Assembly (NCBI GenBank): GCA_013265495.1
Contig: MU059176.1
Location: 3,655,720 to 3,719,719, forward strand
Reading direction: 5' to 3'
Length of the DNA: 64,000 nucleotides
Source: Vicugna vicugna
Taxonomy: Eukaryota
The notes under the pieces are model-generated. The model made no database searches, was not told the DNA's origin, and was given only the letters and a program-made list of their open reading frames with translations. Below, in pieces: positions 52,451-64,000 of the stretch. The position numbers and the translations under genes were made by a program. Positions within the stretch are counted from its first letter, which is position 1, and each line of letters starts with the position of its first letter.

Positions 52451-53940
52451 TCCAGTAAATTCCCAGCAGAACAGTCTGCGACAGCGGAAGAGACCCCCGT
52501 TTGGAGGAGGGAGGGGGCAAAGGAGAAACTTCTTTAAGATGGGAGAATCGGGAGCACGTGTGAACACTCACGATCGTGATCCAGCTGCGAGGCCAAGAGG
52601 GGCGAGGCAGGAGAGAGGGGAGTGGATGGCCATCCCGGAGGGTCTGCCGCGGAGCCTTTCCTAGGCACACGGACAGTTCACGTGGCGTGACAAAGGAGAA
52701 GGCAGGGCGTGTGACTACGGACCCGGAGAGGAGAGCTGGTGGCTCACCCGTCTGCTGGTGTCTCCAGTGAAGCAGGAGTTGGGTCATCAGCACCAAGGGG
52801 GGACGGGGAGAGGCGTCTCAGGACGGAGGAGAGAGGACACAGAACGAAACAGTCATCTCGGAGGAAAGGCAGGCAGAGGGTGGGAGGAGAGGCATGACTG
52901 CCAGGGGGCCGAAGAGCCCATCGGGGAACGAGCACAGGAACTTAAGAGCCCGTACTGGCGCTGGTGCGGCTTTTCTCCAGCCGTGTTCAGCTGCACGGGG
53001 AGGCGGGTGAGGTGGGTCTAATTTGGGTCAGAGTTTTGAAAAAAAAAGTGTGACAGAGCAGGGTGAGGGTGTGCGCAAGGGAAGTGGTGACACGGGACCA
53101 TATGTTGTTCAGGAAGGAACCTGAGGGTGACGGGAACGATTGTGCAGGTGAAGCACCTGGACCAGACTGAAGAGGTTAAGAGACAAGAAACTCAGGCTTA
53201 TGAAGAATTTTAAGAAGGGAAAGAATTACTCTGATCCAATTAGCATTTAATGGGGACTCACTCTGAGCCAGCAAATGTGCTTAAGATTCAAAAAAACCCA
53301 TCATTTAAGCCTCCCCATGCCAGAGACTCACCACTGCCAATCCATTTCCTAGGTGAGGAAACGGGCGCTCAGAGCAGGCAAGCAACTTCCCCGGGGCACA
53401 CAGCGCCAGACCCAGAGCTGGGTCCAGGGAAGGGCTCTCCCCAGGTATCAGGGTCGCATTGTTGTCAAGGGCCATGGCTTTCCTGCTGCTTTGTGCAAAA
53501 TTAACAAGCCCCTTGAAGGCAGTGGTGAGTCTCGCTATCAGCGCTACCTGCGTGGTCAACACACTGGCCTCCTGCCTCACCTGCTCTCCCAGCACCGGGG
53601 CCGGATCCGCTGGAACTGCATTCCTCGTGGCCGTTACCGCTGATGCAAACAACTGCTTTCTTTATTTTATCCATAAATTCCCTTCCTAATAACAATAAGG
53701 CATGCCGGGGCTTTGGCCTCATGCCTTATTATACCACCTGAGGAGTGAGATAATCACCCAGAAATGTACTGCCTGTTGTGCATTTTATTACTGGAATACA
53801 AAGCGATTCAATTCAAGAAGCACTTAGTTGAAGACGGCATGAGAGAAAAATAATAATCACATGAAAAGCAATTCCTCCTACGGCTACCGAGCACACGGCG
53901 GGGAGTAACCCTCCCCCAGAGGGAGGGTGGTCTGGGTGAC

Positions 53941-54076
53941 CTGCTGGGTCTTCTCCAGTTCTCATTTCTACCAATTGCAGGATCATAAAAGCTAGTGGGA
54001 CTTCAGTTACAATATGAATATTCCAAAGCGCCAAATCTGGATAGCTCTGAAAACGGAGACTTTCTGAGGGTTCCAC
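53941..54076 (-). other. EFCAB6: Probable non-coding 5'UTR exon (exon 2) of EFCAB6, 136 nt
   Basis: Non-repeat segment bounded by acceptor catgtttag|G (54076) and a weaker donor CAG|gtcacc (53941), upstream of the first coding exon. There is a stop in the EFCAB6 frame. The position fits the recalled human structure with non-coding 5' exons. Confidence 0.5.
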
Positions 54077-54556
54077 CTAAACATGCTTGGTGTAAGCATT
54101 TTCACTCTTCAGCAAACACTGCAGGCCACACACTAGCGAGTGGAAGAACAGAAAGAAAAGTGTGACCCACCTGGCCCCCTCAGGGAGCTTGCCGCTTAAG
54201 TGGGGATTTAAAGAAAACGGCAGCACGTTTTAAAAGAACAGGAACAAGGTATGCCCGCAGCACGTCCACCCACACAGACGGAGCGCGCGAAAACCCGGTG
54301 GCGCCCGTCTTCCTAGGGGTGATGAGAGCGTGGATTAGGTACGTCACCCCATCTCAGGGGTCAAAGCCTTTGCCCCAGAGACGTCATCATCAGTTCACTC
54401 CAAGCAGGGAAAAAGCTATTCCATTTTTAGATTCCTCAAGCAGAGATAACATGGTCTTCTGTTGTTACTAATACCATTCTTTTTTCATATGCATTTATTT
54501 TCCATTTTTAAAAATTAATTTTAAACGTCTCTTGAAGCAGACAGGTAGCTTTGAAA

Positions 54557-54720
54557 CAGTGGTTCTTAAAATGTGGTCCCAACCAGCAACAGCAGCACCA
54601 CGTGGGACCGTCTTAGAAATGCAGATTCTCGGGCTCCACCCAGACTGGCCAATGGGGAACTCTGGGGGTGGGTGCCCCACCCTCTGTACTTTAACAAGCC
54701 GGACCCCTGCTTTAGGAGAA
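54557..54720 (+). mobile_element. MER5A-type hAT-Charlie element
   Basis: cagtggttcttaaaatgtggtccc..accagcaacagcagcacc..ttagaaatgcagattctcggg..actctgggggtggg..tttaacaagcc. Confidence 0.8.
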
Positions 54721-56380
54721 CCTGAAGCTGATTTATGAGTCTATAGTTTGTAAGAAGGCTCTTGTGTAAAATGCCCTGCTTGACATCCAAATGAAGTTAA
54801 AAGACCGGCACATGTTCCATCTAGGTGAGCCTACTAGGTTAACCTTGCAGCCGCCTATTACGCCGGCCACGGGCTTATCACCAGCCTGGCGAGTTAGATA
54901 CTGTTATCCTGATTTTTAGAGACAGAGAAATGAAACACCAGAGAGAAAAGCCAAGTTTACTCATGAGGCCAAGGCCCAGACTCGCCTGAACATACCCTCG
55001 GCTTTGTGCCCAGCTGTGCCAGGACTGTGCGTGTACGTGCCGTCCAGGTGCACGTGGCTGGGGTGTGCGCACTCCCACATAAGCACGTGGATAAGAACAG
55101 CGAAGTCTGTACAGATTCACAGAGTGATAAGAAAATCTGTCAAGTCTCAAGAATGGACACTTTGCATTCGCAAATCTGTCTAACAATTCTGCAACCTACT
55201 CACAAGAACAGGCAGAAAGTCAAAAGCCAGTTATCTACATAAATATCTAATCAAATACTAGGATTCTGGGGTTCGTGACACCAACAAGTGAAGCCCAGTC
55301 CGCCTCCCCCATCTCGGGTTCATATTCGCTTAAGACCTTAGAATCGGCTGGCAACCCCTAGTCTACTGTTCTACACATACGAATTATAAGAATGCAAGTT
55401 GATTTACACATACATTCCAAATGATAGGGTATCGTAAAAAACAATTTAGCCAGTCATCTGAATTTAATTTAGCAGAAAAATCCATGGTTATAAACTGACC
55501 TGCCTCCACCGCCGGCTGCCTGGCGTGTCTGAGCCACGCCTCCGCCCGCCAAGGGTCTGCCCGACGCGGGGGTCTCCTCAAGTGCCTCGCAGACGCTCAC
55601 CTTCCTCCCAGGGCTCATTTTCACGAATACCATCTCCTGCAGCATAAATTTCCAGGCTACCCACACCCCCTACAAGACACACCCACGCCAGCCTAGAGAT
55701 CAACTCCAAATATACCACAAACCTCTCAAAGTTATCTGCTTTCATCAGGTGATGATTTATCAAAACTATAAATAATTATACTATGTCGCAACATAAAAAC
55801 ATGTTTAGGACAATGTTAAGAGAAAAGGTACAGTGGGGGCTACACTATAAACACAGCGATATAAGAATGTATTTTCACACGTGGACAGGGGTACAGGGCC
55901 TCGGGACAGTGGAGACAGCAACCTTTTCCGTTTTAGATGCTCTTTAAGAACCGTATCACAGCACGTTACGTCTACCATGCCGCCAGGCCAACCAGGCAGC
56001 CCCTGCCACTCCCTCTCCCTCCTTGCTCCCCTCAGCCACACGGGCCCCTCTGCCCAGATCCTTCCCCACTCCTCAGCCGACCCCTCTCACCTCCATGTCC
56101 GCCTGTCACATCACCTTCTCAGAAGCCACACTGCTCCCCTCGGCCACACCCTCCCACCTCAGCCTGTCCTTCCCCGGCACCGCCCTGACCACAGCTGGTC
56201 ACTACACTCTTACGTGGGAAAGCAGAAACTTGATTACAGGCTCCATGAAACAAAACAGCAGTTTTATACCACTGTACTCCTGCCCTGGAGACCCCGCAAG
56301 TCCCTGGAGCTCCACGAGTATTTCTCAGATTAATGAAGGATTTTCACAGCCTTGTCATTCACATAGCACTCTCCTCCCAA

Positions 56381-56485
56381 CGCACACACACCCACACAGA
56401 TACACACACACACAGACACATGCCCCCAGACACACATATACAAACACACCCATACACACACACACATACACATACACACACACAT
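56381..56485. repeat. Imperfect (CA)n tract of about 100 bp
   Basis: Read directly from the sequence. Confidence 0.9.
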
Positions 56486-56999
56486 CCCTCCACTCTCGGA
56501 TCTCGTTTAAGATCCTCACCCTCCCTCCCGCCATCCCAGGCAGAAGTCTCAGCACCTCCTGTGATTTCTCCCTCTCATCCCCTGTACTGAGAACTAGTGA
56601 CCAGGGTCAAAGGCCTCCTTAATTAACACCCATGACCCTTCTGATTGTTCAGGTCTAACTTCCCTGTGAGGTCATCAGTGTCACGAGAGCAGGGACCACA
56701 TCTGATTACGGGGAGGCCAAAAAATCATGCTTGAGTTTACCTGATTTAAGTGTTGTGGCTTTGTGATCATTTCTATCAGCAAGAATGCCTGCTGCCCCAG
56801 AATACAGACCCTAAAGAAAAGGCTTATTTTGTTTTGTTCATAATGTGGCTTCTCTATCATGGATGCAAAAATCTAACTGCAGAAAGGGCCTCAGAAATTC
56901 CCTCCCCCTTATGAGTATTTTCAGACTCCACCACACCTTGTGTGATGCCGGACAGGGCAACAGGGAACAGAAAAACAAGCTGGGTTAGAAAACACTGAC

Positions 57000-57210
57000 C
57001 ACATGCCGTCGGCCGTCAAACACCGGTTCCCCTCTCACAGACCGTGTCACTGGCAGCCTTTTAACATGTAGTTGCTGGAAACCATCCCGCTCCGGCTCCT
57101 GGGAGCCGACAAGGAGTGTTTAACTCGTCCTATTTATAGTGCAGCCAGGCCCGAGCCAGTGAGCCAGTTCTCGGGTGCCACAAACGCAAGTTGGGATGGT
57201 TTCCCAGCCC
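57000..57210 (-). promoter_or_regulatory. Candidate EFCAB6 promoter and first exon
   Basis: Local CpG enrichment; CTATAAATAG on the minus strand (57130-57139, TATA-like and MEF2 consensus); X-box-like GTTGCTGGAAAC (57071-57082); possible donor GTG|gtcagt at 57000. Motif-only evidence. Confidence 0.35.
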
Positions 57211-58439
57211 GAGTTCAGGAACAGAAAGTTGGGCGGCTGCTGCCACCTACAGCAGGAAGTGTGACCTTGCACTGCCCAGCGGCCCTGCGGGCCTCGCCGA
57301 GGGGGAGGCAAGCGGAATCATTTTCCAAGTTCACCAGGTGGTCTAACACCTGCTGTCAAGCACCAAGTTCAGGACGTCCAGCTGTGACACATATAATGCG
57401 GTGCTTGTTGCTATAATAAACGCAGAAGTTCCCAAACAGCTGTAGCCCGAGAACCAGTGTTCAGAGCACACTTGCTGTGGAAGCAACTAAAACAAGGCAC
57501 ATGGAAGCGATCGCGGCATCACGACCACCTTTTGGAGCACCTTCCTCTCGAGGCCTTCCCCCAGCACAGTGGAGTGACCTGGCCAGTTCCTCCCCCCTGT
57601 CAGACACTCAGGCGGCCGGGAAGGAGCAGCGTCCCCCCGGCCTTGGTGCTGTGGGTGCCGTGCGGCTGAGCACAGCAAGATGTGTTTTGGTGCTATTTCC
57701 TTTCATTTCCTTCAAGATAAACTATTTCTGAATTTGTAAATTCTGAAAAATAAGAGCAATAGGGTTAGATGACTTTTCTTCTTTAGCTTTTCAAGCCACA
57801 GGGAACGGAACCTTTGGGTCTGCAAAACTATCAAGCAGTTTTGTTAGTTACTGGAGAACTGGGTCGAAAACATCAGGCGGGTCCTGTACATGAATTTCAC
57901 ACTAAATTTTAGGTTTCTCGGATGGAGACACTTTATGTCAACACTATATGGGTACCACCCTATTTGTATATCTCAAACATACACGCTGCAATGCCACACA
58001 CACACACACTCACACACTTACCCCTCCTGTGGCCCCCTCCGTTCTCCTCACATCAGCCAGGATAGTCATTCTAAAATGCTGATATCCTTGTGCTATTTCC
58101 GTGCTTTAAGAACTCCAACTGCTTCCTACTAAGACCAAAGTCCCTGATGTGTCACATGCCTGCTTCTCCACGGCTCTGGCCTCCGGCCGTCATTCTAAGC
58201 AGCCAGCAGGAACCATGGCTCTTCCCTGGAGAACACCTCCTACACCAAATCCTTGTCCCGCCCCACCCCTAACGTCACTACCCCTGTTCACCCTCGCTCA
58301 TCTGGGCTCCAAAAGCAGCCCCCTAAACCGCTCCCTCTGACTCTCCTCTGACCCACTCTCCTCTGCCGCCAGGACGTAGCTTTCTAAAGCGCAGATACAG
58401 TCATGCTGCTCCCTGGCTGACACTCTCGCGAGACAAAAC

Positions 58440-58680
58440 CATACGTGTGTTAAACTTCCATACGATTATGCACCAAGGGGAAAATGAGTGCGTGTCAAAA
58501 CTGGTGAAATCGGAATAAAGTCTCTATTTGTCACTAGCTCTGTAGCAATGGCAGCACCCTAAGTGGCCTCCGGTTATTCCGTGAGACGTTACTGCCGGGG
58601 GAAGCTGGGGGCGCACAGAAACTCGCTGTACTAATTCTGCAACTTTCTTGTGAACCTAAATTTTTTAAATTAAAATAAAC
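58440..58680 (+). mobile_element. L1M 3'-end fragment
   Basis: aaaactggtgaaatcggaataaagtct...gttactgccgggggaagctggg...tctgcaactttcttgtgaacctaaa...aaataaa. Confidence 0.6.
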
Positions 58681-61094
58681 CCAAACATGCACTACTCCTC
58701 CTGGGTAGACAGACTGAAGTTGCGCTCCTAACTGTCAGCAGACGATCCTTCACATGGCTGGCAACCTGCCCCAGGAGACGCGCCCAGACACCACGGCTCC
58801 CGGCGCGCTGTCTTTGCATGCAGCGTCCGGATGAGCACGGCACGTGGCTCCTCACCTCTCAGGACTGATTCATGCTCTTGCTGGAGTTCTCCTTCCTCCT
58901 TTCCCACCACACTTCAATCCACCTTTCGAGACGGAGGGTAGAGCCCCCTCCTTCGTGAGGCCTTCCTGTCCTCCTCAAACAAAGCTGACCAGGCCCTCAC
59001 GGAGAACTTGGTCTTCGGGTTTCACTCTGCCAGTTGTTTTACTTAATAAAGAAAAGGAGAGGAAGGTGAAAGGAGCCCATATCCCCACCACTTTGCCAGG
59101 GGGCCAGGCTGACACCAAGTACAAAGCATTAACCCCTCCCAGCCCATCCGTCTAATCCCACATCTACTTTCCCTTTCATTCTCTGCTTCCAGACTTTTCT
59201 CCTGGCTGTTTACCTGTGGCCCTGCTCATCACTGAGCCCCTCCAATGGAGGGGATTAGCTGCACTCACCTTCCTAAACCCAGCACCTCCCACACAGCCTG
59301 ACGCACGGGAAGCACTCCGTTCATCACTACGCTCTGTGGACCACAGTCCACAGCCGGCAGCGCCTGACACGGCAAGGCCGAGGAGCGTGGGCTAGCTTCA
59401 CCCTTGATTCTGGAAACTGAACAATGTCTGAGTGTGAGCAAGGCACTGCGATGAGTTCTTTCATTCGTCCCTGACCTGACTTCACCCTCAGCGTAGGTTC
59501 TCTAATTAAAGAGAATTCTGAGACATGCGTGAATATGGTTACATCAAAACCGTAAGGCGGAAATCAGCAAGGATTATAGAAACCAGTGACCCCCAAACAA
59601 GCATCGAGTCGCAGACCATCAGACTACTTCTTAGCCACAGGCAAAAGCGCAGTCAGAAAGCTAGTTCACTGATCTACGTGCCAGGTAAGGACTGATGTCC
59701 AGTTTTTAACACATGCTGTTTATATCAGAACCATAACAGAAGTGCCATCCATGCGCCTTGGCCGCCAGAGAAAACAGTTCAACACAAGAGTAAGAACCGT
59801 GCACAGCCAAACAGAAATGGCATCAGAAGCAAGCACTGCTAGAACTGGTAGCGTGGTGGGGGTGGGGATTGTCACTTGACAAAACTGGAAAAAGCTGCAA
59901 GCAACACACAAGACTGGCAGTTAAACGCAAATACTTGAGAAAAACCTTCCCCTTGTCTGTTCTGATAGCAAATGGATGTTCTGTCGTATTTTGGGACCCG
60001 TACTCTCTAAAGCTCCCCTTTTAAACTCTCTTACTCATTTACTGAGCATCTCTGCATTTGGACAGCAGAAAAACAAAGTGTGTGGAGTCAAGAAGACATG
60101 GAGTCAAACTGGTTCCACTATCTACAATGCAAACTGGCAAGTTAACTGACCTCCTGACCCTGACCTCCTGACTTCATCTGCAACATGGAAATAATCTCTC
60201 TCATCAAGGCAAGTAATCTTCATTTAGAATCTAGGGACAAGCTCCGTGTGTGCATTTTTAGATTTGCAAACACTCTGAGATTAAATGCAAAAGTGTGAGA
60301 TGACTTTTCCACAGTAAGCATGCATGGCTTTCTCAGGGAACAAGTGACCCCAAACAGTTAAGCGCCACACTCCAAAGGCTGTGGCAGGACCACGGTGTAT
60401 CTAAAGAGCCTGACACACAGCAGGCTGTGTTCACTACTGGACAGCTGTTATTAATTTTAGGTCCTGGGAAGGTACAGAAAGATAAACCAGACAGAACTGG
60501 AGAGGAAGGCAGGCAGGCAGTTACAGTGTAAGGTCCTGAGTGTCGTCTCCGGGTTTCACTGGGCAACAAAGGCAGGCAAACCAAAGTAAGCCCAGAAACA
60601 CCCCAGTAGGGAAAATGAGAGTGGAGGCACCTGGCGTATCAGGACAGTGACATGATCATCACTGCAGGGTCCCCGACGCCTGGACAGGGCTTGGCATATG
60701 GCAGATGTTATGTAAATAAACAAACAAACGGCTGGAACCAACCCAGGGTGCAGGACCATTTACAAACTCCCAGGGGAAAAACCAAATTCAGAAGGTATTC
60801 CTAAAAACGATTTCTATTAAAAAATTTTCCATTTCAAAAACTCCATACAAATGTAGTCATCCACATTCTGTCCCTAAGTAGTCACCCCAGCCTTCCTGGG
60901 CTTGGTGATGGACCCAGAGAGAAATATCCTTGAAACACAGGTGTTAGCAACACTTTCTTTTTTCCAAAGGAATTAAATGCCTTATTTTCCTGGGCAAAAT
61001 AAATTCAATTTCCTCCTTCTTCTTCTTCTTTTTTCAGTTTTCCCTTTCCTGAGTTCAAGAAGCTTACAGCTAATAAAACGACAACAACAAAAAT

Positions 61095-61275
61095 AATGCA
61101 GACTCACAGACACAGAGAACAAACTAGTGGTTACCAGTGGGGAGAGGGAAGGGGGAGGGCAACGTAGGGGAAAGGGGTTATTATGGGATTATATGAAGTC
61201 ATGTGTGGGAAACTTTTGAAAACTGTAAAGCACTACAAAATTTAAAGAATCTTTCATCCAATTAAAAGAAAAAAG
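61095..61275 (+). mobile_element. L1 3'-end fragment
   Basis: cagactcacagacacagagaacaaactagtggttaccagtggggagaggg...A-rich tail. Confidence 0.75.
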
Positions 61276-61465
61276 AAGCTCACAGCTAAATGTGTGGCCC
61301 AACAGTGTTAACCACCACAGATGATCTGAGTGCTCCCTTTCCTCCTGAAGTTCCTTCCCCATTTTATCACATTGTATGTATTCTTACTAGTCACCTCAAA
61401 GCCTCAGCAGGACTTTCAGAGTATACACACATTTGAGGGTGTGAGAATACTGGTCAAGAACACAG

Positions 61466-62040
61466 AGCCNNNNNNNNNNNNNNNNNNNNNNNNNNNNNNN
61501 NNNNNNNNNNNNNNNNNNNNNNNNNNNNNNNNNNNNNNNNNNNNNNNNNNNNNNNNNNNNNNNNNNNNNNNNNNNNNNNNNNNNNNNNNNNNNNNNNNNN
61601 NNNNNNNTGGGTGGACCTGGAGATCATCATTCTAAGTGAAGTAAGTCAGAAAGAGAAAGAAAAATGTCACATGATGTCACTTATATGGGGAATCAAAATA
61701 AAAAAAGACACAAATGAACTTATTCACAAAACAGAAACAGACTCACAGACATAGAAAACAAACTTACGGTTACCACGGGGGAAAGGGGGTGGGAGGGGAT
61801 AAATTGGGAGTTCAAGATTTGCAGATACTAACTAGTATACATAAAATAGATAAGCAACAAGTTTATACTGTATAGCACAGGGAACTATATTCAGTATCTT
61901 GTAGTAACGTATAACGAATAAGAATATGAAAAGGAAAATATGTATGTATATGGATGACTGAAATAGTATGCCGTACACCTGAAATCGATACAACACTGTA
62001 AACCGACTATACGCCAATAGAAATTTTAAAAAGGAAAAAA
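61466..62040 (+). mobile_element. Short 5'-truncated L1 3'UTR insertion with TSD
   Basis: L1 3' sequence (ctaagtgaagtaagtcagaaagagaaag...gcacagggaactatattcag...cacctgaaatcgatacaacactgtaa) and A tail; AAGAACACAG at 61456-61465 and 62041-62050; 5' part is N. Confidence 0.85.
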
Positions 62041-63014
62041 AAGAACACAGGCCCTGGTACCAGGCAGTCCTGGAGCAGAAGCCACACGCCTCCATCCATC
62101 TCCTCTGTAGCCCCTCAACTTCTCTGCATCCCTGCTGCCTCGTCTATAAAATGAAAATAGTAATTACTTTTTCATATGCAGGAAGTGAGGCAGAAACTTT
62201 TAAAAGGTACGTGAGGCCCCAAACTGTACCCGGAACATAGTACGTGCTCATCAGTGTCAGCAGAGAAGAGCGGAAGCAGCAACACTGCAGACACACAGAC
62301 GAAGAGAAATGACAACAAATTAAACAAAAGGAAATTGCAGTAAAAGGTCAAAACCCAGAGAAAAAAGGTGGGAAAACAAAGCTCTTTGTGACTGGAAGTG
62401 CGTCACATTCATATGTCACTTCTATTCATGGTTTTCTAAACGTAGTCCTTCCCTCCTTCTAAATGGTGTGGCTCTCCTAGATGGTATTGTGTTGAAAGTG
62501 AATTAATACTCACGTATTACAAGAATCCAATCTATATAATGTACAAGCCTAGATTTGGGGTATTTTTAGATAAATATCCTTTACAAAAAGGTCAGCTCAT
62601 TTGTGGTCTTTAAAGGAAGAAAGCAACTCTTCACTTCTTGTCTCAGTTCCTCATCTAAATTAAACAGCTTATTTTTTTAATCCCGGCAGGGGAAGGAGTC
62701 ATCCAAGAAAAACTTCAGTGATTCTCAGCATCTACTGACCTTAAACATCCACTCGATACACACCTGTAAAGAGGCTTTATTAAAGCAACTGTCTTCTTAA
62801 CAGCCAATGGTCGCCCAGTGGATTCCTGCTCTGGGCAGGCTCCACACTGCTGAGCATCCTCCTGGAGCTGGCTGTCTCCATGTGCCAGTCAGCTGGAGGG
62901 GTCACAGCATGGGCGCTGTAGAGATCGCTGCACAGGAAGAGGTTGTCAGCTGGAAAAGGGCAGAGAAACAGAAGACAAAATGGACAGCAAATTTAACGTC
63001 TCAAGTAAGCGTTC

Positions 63015-63176
63015 CCTTTTTTTTCTTTAGTCGGTTTACAATGCTGTGTTAACTTGTGGTGCACCGTATAGTGATTCAGTTATACATATACATGAATATA
63101 TATTCCTTTTCACATTCTTATTCATTATAGGCTATTAGAAGGTATTGCATATAGTTCCCTGTGCTATCCATCAGGT
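63015..63176 (-). mobile_element. L1 3'-end fragment
   Basis: T tract followed by gtttacaatgctgtgtt...tatagtgattcagttatacatata...tagttccctgtgcta, the antisense of the L1 3'UTR seen at 61800-62000. Confidence 0.75.
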
Positions 63177-64000
63177 AAGCATTTCTTGACAAATATCTAA
63201 GGCACCTATCTTGAGCCAAGCACTAAACTGAAGTTGTAGGGAAAGGGAGACTGCAAGTAACTGAAATAAATCCTTGCCCTCATAAAGCCGGCAGGACGGC
63301 TGAGTGGGAGGCAAATACCGTCACAGATAATCAAAGGGCCCTTGTCTGATTCACTTTCAAATCCCCAGAACTTAGCCAAGTAAATGTTTGTTGAAGACAA
63401 TGGATATAAGAAAGAGATGAAGTATGTGGAATTCAAAAAAATTTTTACAGCATTTCTCTAAGTCCATTCATTTAGGGCCACATACAACTTGAGAAATATT
63501 ATTAAATCACTCTTCCTGAAAGTGAAGTAAGAATCCGAACAAGCCATCTTGAAAGGCAGATTTTTCAGGAGACAAGGAAAAGGAAATATGAGGTGGTTTA
63601 GCCAATACTCTTAAAACAACCTCTGAACGTTTCACAGACGGCTTCCAGACAAAATTTCTGAGGGAGGCAGGGATAAATTGTGCAGTCTGAAGAAGAATAA
63701 TGTTCCAGAAAGACCAGAGGTTCTGACTTGAGAGAGAAGTGCTGAGTCTGAATTCTGGCGCTGCACCTTCCTAGTTATGTGATTTGGGGACAATTCCCTT
63801 CACCCCATAGGGTTCAAGTCGTTATCTGTAAGGCAGAGCTAACATTCAAAAGATTGCTGTGGGGGCAAATGAACTAAGGGACATGAAACATTGTGTAAAG
63901 TGGAGCGATGTGACCCTCAGAGACGCAGGGAGAGAGGTTCACCCCTTCCACGTTGTGTGTCGTCGGCCTTCCCCACGGAAATAGGACGGTACTAGTCACT

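Noticed and set aside
57300-64000. 3' end of SULT4A1, the upstream neighbour expected from human synteny
   Set aside because: No sulfotransferase-like exon or recognisable UTR seen; not supportable from this sequence.
1-64000. CRISPR array, operon or other prokaryote-type system; endogenous viral element at 25.8-27.2 kb
   Set aside because: The DNA is mammalian intron/exon sequence with no regularly spaced repeats; the unusual coding-like segment resolved to RPL4.

Overview
Mammalian genomic DNA, probably camelid (inferred from two Vic-1-like tRNA-derived SINEs). It carries the 5' part of EFCAB6 on the minus strand. Five coding exons were reconstructed by hand with GT-AG boundaries and matching phases (44658-44787, 36723-36934, 30017-30105, 22045-22111, 3800-3936; 635 nt, 211 codons). 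A likely 5'UTR exon (53941-54076) and a candidate promoter/first exon (~57000-57210) lie upstream. The gene continues past the left edge. The introns are dominated by L1, L2, MIR, MaLR and hAT remnants, and include a decayed, near full-length RPL4 retrocopy nested in an old L1. Almost all entries in the ORF track are noise from repeats or GC-rich DNA. I found no novel multi-gene system. The best leads are a frame-preserving 165-nt candidate cassette exon in the last visible intron, an intragenic CpG island with splice donors on both strands, and an altered translation-start region. Gene and repeat identities and human comparisons come from recalled sequences, not database searches. Exon numbers assume two non-coding 5' exons.
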